From Dehalococcoidia bacterium (GTDB taxonomy: Bacteria > Chloroflexota > Dehalococcoidia > SZUA-161 > SpSt-899), in the NCBI GenBank assembly GCA_034434815.1, contig DAOTYO010000036.1, positions 3,673-67,672 on the forward strand: a DNA stretch of 64,000 bases, given 5' to 3'. This document shows positions 60,508 to 64,000 of this stretch, piece after piece. Position 1 is the stretch's first letter; each line of letters starts with the position of its first letter. A model generated the notes under the pieces. The model had not been told where the DNA came from, searched no databases, and saw only the letters and a program-made list of their open reading frames with translations. Made by a program: the position numbers and the translations under genes.

Positions 60508-61740
60508 CTATTTCAGTTCGAGCAAGAATTTGCGCAGTTCGTTCAGGGCGGCCAGAGCGGCATATTGCTTGACCCGGGTGCGATGCTGAGGGAAGACGGC
60601 GTGAAATGAACGGGAGGTACCTTGCCCGGAGAGGCCGATGTACATGGTGCCCACCGGTTTACCCTCGATCGCGTCGGGCCCCGCCACCCCCGTCACGCCC
60701 ACCCCGATATCCGCATCGAATCGGCGCCGGGCGGCATCGGCCATGCCCAGAGCAACGGGTGCGCTCACCGCTCCGTGCCCTTCGATGAGTTCCGCATTCA
60801 CCCCGAAGGCGATCTTCGCCTCGTTCGAATAGGAGATGATGCCCCCTTTGAAATAATCGGAGCTTCCGGGGACATCGGTGATGAGCGCGCTCAGAAGTCC
60901 GCCGGTGCACGATTCCATGGTGGCCAGACTCAGGCGCTTGATCCGGAGGAGATCGCCCACGATCTTCTCCAGCGTCTCGTCGTCCGTTCCCCATATCTTC
61001 TCGCCGACGATGGTGCGGATCCGGGATTCGACGGGGGCGATGAGGGCTTCGGCTTCCGCCCGGGTGGGAGCCTTGGCGGTGATCCGGAGCTCGATGCCGG
61101 TGGGTTTGGCATAGGTGCCGATGGAAGGATTGCGCGAATGGAGGAGGGGACTCAACATCTCATCCACGTTCGCCTCGCCGATGCCCAGAAGCTTTATGGT
61201 TCGGGAGACGATGATCGCGGTAGGAATGCGTTCCCGGAGCTTCTCTCGGATTTCCTTTTCCCACATGTGTTGCATCTCGGCGGGGGGGCCGGGCATGGCC
61301 AGAAGGATCCTTCCCTCCTTTTCCACCCACCATCCCGGCGCGCTTCCCCTCGAGTTGGGTATGGCCCGTGCCGAAGGGATCCGCATGGCTTGTTTGATGT
61401 TGCACTCCGGCATCGTCCATCCGACGCGGGCGAAGAGCCCGCGGAGCCATTTTTCGAGGTCGGGGTCCACGGTCATGGGCTCGCCCAAGAGTTCGGCGAT
61501 GCTCTCGCGGGTGACATCGTCTTCGGTCGGGCCCAGACCGCCGGTGACGAGGATGAGGTCAGAACGATCCCATGCCCGGCGCAGGAGCTCCACTACCCGA
61601 GGTTGGTTATCGCCCACTTGGGAAATCCAGTACAGGTCGATCCCGAGTTGCGGCAGTTCGGAGGCGAGGTATGCGGCATTGGTATCAACGATCTGACCGA
61701 GGATGAGTTCCGTGCCGATCGAGAGGATCTCTGCTTTCAT
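60508..61740 (-). CDS. cinA: CinA-family protein (MoCF-biosynthesis domain + NMN deamidase PncC domain)
   Basis: …MKAEILSIGTELILGQIVDTNA… N-terminus, …LVTGGLGPTEDD…, C-terminal CinA domain. Confidence 0.85.
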   Translation of the reverse strand: MKAEILSIGTELILGQIVDTNAAYLASELPQLGIDLYWISQVGDNQPRVVELLRRAWDRSDLILVTGGLGPTEDDVTRESIAELLGEPMTVDPDLEKWLRGLFARVGWTMPECNIKQAMRIPSARAIPNSRGSAPGWWVEKEGRILLAMPGPPAEMQHMWEKEIREKLRERIPTAIIVSRTIKLLGIGEANVDEMLSPLLHSRNPSIGTYAKPTGIELRITAKAPTRAEAEALIAPVESRIRTIVGEKIWGTDDETLEKIVGDLLRIKRLSLATMESCTGGLLSALITDVPGSSDYFKGGIISYSNEAKIAFGVNAELIEGHGAVSAPVALGMADAARRRFDADIGVGVTGVAGPDAIEGKPVGTMYIGLSGQGTSRSFHAVFPQHRTRVKQYAALAALNELRKFLLELK

Positions 61741-61786
61741 ATTGGCGGGATATCCCCTTTCTGTTCTCCTGAGGGTTCATGTCTCT

Positions 61787-63082
61787 CTAGCATACCCGTT
61801 TGGGCGTCCCGAGATAATCACTCACAAGCTGCATGGCGCAGTATTTGCCGCACATGGTGCATCCGCGGCCTTCGGTGGATTGCCGTGCCCGGATTTCCGC
61901 CGCGCGTTTCGGATCGAGAGCGAGCTGGATCTGGGCCTCCCAATCGAGCTTTTTGCGGGCCATGGACATCTCCCAATCCCATTGCCAAGCCCTCCGGAGG
62001 CCCTTCGCGATGTCCCCGGCATGAGCGGCGATTCGGGCGGCAATCACCCCCTGGCGCACCTCTTCGGGCGTGGGCAGTGCCAGATGTTCCGAGGGGGTCA
62101 CGTAGCAAAGGAAATCGACCCCCGCCGCCGCCGCCACCGCCCCGCCGATGGCCGAGGTGATGTGATCGTGGCCTGCGGCCACATCGGTGACGAGGGGGCC
62201 CAGAACATAGAAGGGCGCTTCCTTGCATACGCGCTTCTCGATCAGCACGTTTGCGGCGATCTGATTCAGAGGCATGTGGCCGGGGCCCTCCACCATCACC
62301 TGAACCCCCGCCTCCCGTGCCCGATCCACCAGCTCACCGATCGTCAGGAGCTCCTCGAACTGGGCTCGATCGGAGGCATCGGCCAAGCTTCCGGGGCGGA
62401 GTCCATCTCCGAGGCTCAGGGTCACATCGTAGGTTCGGGCGATCTCGAGGAGGCGGTCGAAATCCTCGTACAGGGGGTTCTCGCGCTCGTTGTGGACCAT
62501 CCATCCGATCAAGAAGGATCCCCCTCGGGAGACGACGTCCATCAGCCGTCTATCGGCCTTGAGGCGGGCGAGGGTCTTGAGGTTGACGGCGCAGTGGACG
62601 GTCAGGAAATCCACCCCTTCCCGGGCTTGGTCTTCGATCGCTCTGAACATATCGTCGGCCGTCATGGCGACGATTGCGCCCCGTTCTTCGATGGCCCGGA
62701 TGCCGGCTTCATAGATGGGAACGGTTCCGAAGGGCACCGGACATCGGCTGAGGAGGGATCGGCGAATCGCGGGGATATTGCCGCCGGTGCTGAGGTCCAT
62801 CACCGTATCGGCGCCGGCATCGAGAGCCGCTTCGAGCTTGGCGATCTCCCGGCCGGGGTTGCACGAATCGGATGATGTGCCGATATTGGCATTGACCTTG
62901 GTGGTGAGCCCCTTCCCGATGCCGCAGGGAACCAAATGCCGGTGGTTCACGTTGGCCGGGATCACGATCGTGCCCTGGGCGATCCCCTCGCGTACGCGCT
63001 CGGGTTCAAGGCCCTCCGTGTGGGCCACCGCTTTCATTTGGGGGGTGAGGATGTTTTGTCTTGCCGATTCAAGTTGCGTCAC
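61787..63082 (-). CDS. thiC: phosphomethylpyrimidine synthase
   Basis: …GTVPIYEA…, …CYVTPSEHL…, C-terminal CMCGKYC radical-SAM cluster motif. GTG start after GAAGGAG. Confidence 0.95.
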   Translation of the reverse strand: MTQLESARQNILTPQMKAVAHTEGLEPERVREGIAQGTIVIPANVNHRHLVPCGIGKGLTTKVNANIGTSSDSCNPGREIAKLEAALDAGADTVMDLSTGGNIPAIRRSLLSRCPVPFGTVPIYEAGIRAIEERGAIVAMTADDMFRAIEDQAREGVDFLTVHCAVNLKTLARLKADRRLMDVVSRGGSFLIGWMVHNERENPLYEDFDRLLEIARTYDVTLSLGDGLRPGSLADASDRAQFEELLTIGELVDRAREAGVQVMVEGPGHMPLNQIAANVLIEKRVCKEAPFYVLGPLVTDVAAGHDHITSAIGGAVAAAAGVDFLCYVTPSEHLALPTPEEVRQGVIAARIAAHAGDIAKGLRRAWQWDWEMSMARKKLDWEAQIQLALDPKRAAEIRARQSTEGRGCTMCGKYCAMQLVSDYLGTPKRVC

Positions 63083-63146
63083 GTCTCTTGCGCTCCTTCA
63101 GCCTATCCCTTCACCGAATGTGTCAACCGCTCCCCTACGAGGGCAC

Positions 63147-63290
63147 GAACAAAAAGACCGGGAGCCTAGGTGATTCGGTTCCCGGTCGTCTTGAGCACCG
63201 CTTCCCTACGCTCGCATTATCGAGGTCAGGTTCAAAGAGTTCCCCGCTCATCCGGGGTCTCAGCTTTGAGCACCTCTAGCGGTTGACCTG
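63147..63290 (-). ncRNA. TPP riboswitch (aptamer + terminator expression platform) upstream of thiC
   Basis: The minus strand reads …GCTGAGACCCCGGATGAGCGGGGAACTCTTTGAACCTGACCTCGATAATGCGAGCGTAGGGAAGCGG… (THI-box). This is followed by GACCGGGA-N16-TCCCGGTC + TTTTTGTT terminator. Confidence 0.85.
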
Positions 63291-63375
63291 TTGCATTGTA
63301 TGCAAATTTGCTCTATTCAGATTATAAGATGAGGGGACGCCGGGTTGCAAATTTCAGACGAGGGACTCTCATGCT

Positions 63376-63590
63376 TTTGGGATTGCCCCAAAAAGCGATT
63401 GACGAAGAGCGTATAGAGACACCTCTCTCGGGGGGATTGGGGGTGTCCCCCCAAAACCTTTGGGCGGGTGGGTGGGATCGGAGAAGCCGGATCGTTCATG
63501 GGGGGAATTCCGGGGCAAGGTCCGCCGTGACATGATCAAGCTCATTCACCTTGAGAGCGAAGGTTGCAAAGCTGAATCGCCTTTTCGATG
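63376..63590 (+). mobile_element. MITE-like repeat, copy D
   Basis: CCCCAAAAAGCGATTGACGAAGAGCGTATAGAGACACCTCTCTCGGGGGGATTGGGGGTGTCCCCCCAAAACCTTTGGGCGGGTGGGTGGGATCGGAGAAGCCGGATCGTTCATGGGGGGAATTCCGGGGCAAGGTCCG…CAAAGCTGAATCGCCTTTTCGATGG. Confidence 0.7.
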
Positions 63591-63603
63591 GATTCGGCTT
63601 ATA

Positions 63604-63632
63604 TTGACAGTGCATATCCCCTGATATAGAAT
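63604..63632 (+). promoter_or_regulatory. sigma70-like promoter TTGACA-17-TAGAAT
   Basis: Located between MITE copy D and the downstream BFN-domain gene. Confidence 0.45.
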
Positions 63633-63657
63633 GCCTGTACAGAGCGGGAGGCGCGTA

Positions 63658-64000
63658 ATGATCGAGATGACAATTGATAGCATCCGTGTGAGCATGATGA
63701 ACTATCAACGGGTGGTGATACTGAAGGAAAAGGATGCGGAGCGTTTTCTGCCCATCTGGATCGGCCCGGCGGAGGCTGATGCGATTGCGATCAAGCTGCA
63801 GGGTATCACACCTCCCCGGCCCCTGACGCACGATCTTCTGGTGAACAGCATTACGGAGCTCGGGGCCAGGGTGGAAAAGGTGGTGATCAGCGATCTTCAG
63901 AATGACACGTTCTATGCCAAGCTTATCTTGGATGTGAATGGAAAGCAGTTGCCCCTGGATTCGCGGCCGAGCGATGCCATGGCTCTGGCTTTGCGCGCTG
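63658..64000 (+). CDS. bifunctional-nuclease (BFN/DUF151) domain protein, N-terminal part (3' end outside window)
   Basis: …VVILKEKDAERFLPIWIGPAEADAI…RPLTHDLL… is typical of BFN-domain proteins. GGAGG SD; open to end of window. Confidence 0.6.
   Translation, partial: MIEMTIDSIRVSMMNYQRVVILKEKDAERFLPIWIGPAEADAIAIKLQGITPPRPLTHDLLVNSITELGARVEKVVISDLQNDTFYAKLILDVNGKQLPLDSRPSDAMALALRA

Noticed and set aside
60622-62875. + strand ORFs 60622..62160 and 61703..62875 antisense to cinA and thiC
   Set aside because: cinA and thiC are unambiguous on the minus strand. The + ORFs are Arg/Gly/Pro-rich with no motifs.

Overview
High-GC (~60-65% by eye) bacterial chromosomal segment with tightly packed housekeeping operons and several classic cis-regulatory elements.

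Bacterial origin is supported by an initiator tRNA-fMet with a 1:72 mismatch, a T-box leader, a CIRCE operator and groESL.

Genes and operons (+ or - strand):
- + strand: aspS (3' part), a Crp/Fnr regulator, a translationally coupled mutS-HD-dus-rnd operon, archaeal-type apgM-tpiA-miaA, an SBP / HMGCS-like-DUF35 / thiolase operon, a PAS-GAF histidine kinase plus OmpR regulator, lysC, groES-groEL.
- - strand: a 4-gene GT4 / methyltransferase / toroid protein / methyltransferase operon, mscS, purH, a full trp operon (trpE-G-D-membrane protein-C-F-B-A), purM-purF, thpR, an amidohydrolase, cinA, thiC.
- A cobalamin block, cbiB-cobD-(LEA-like lipoprotein, PP2C)-cbiA, is followed by a B12 riboswitch and cobT.

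RNA genes: a 23S rRNA with no 16S upstream and no 5S downstream, followed directly by an initiator-type tRNA-Met.

Regulatory RNAs and sites recognised from sequence:
- cobalamin riboswitch with terminator before cobT
- TPP riboswitch with terminator before thiC
- T-box leader with terminator before trpE
- perfect CIRCE operator before groES

Most unusual observations:
- A ~200-215 bp MITE-like element with 16-bp terminal inverted repeats (CCCCAAAAGAGCGATT...AATCGCTCTTTTGGGG) and conserved internal hairpins. It is present in four intergenic copies (8988-9197, 30063-30260, 58826-59038 inverted, 63376-63590). Each copy sits just upstream of the promoter of a co-oriented gene.
- A second, REP-like palindrome family (CCCCCTCTCCG-N4/6-CGGAGAGGGGG).
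- An HMG-CoA-synthase-like protein fused to DUF35 that appears to lack the catalytic Cys. It is paired with an SCP2-type thiolase and a binding protein.
- A low-GC, Cys-rich secreted protein with a PEF/PEP-CTERM-like C-terminal sorting signal.

Many long antisense ORFs in the six-frame track are high-GC artefacts and were rejected.
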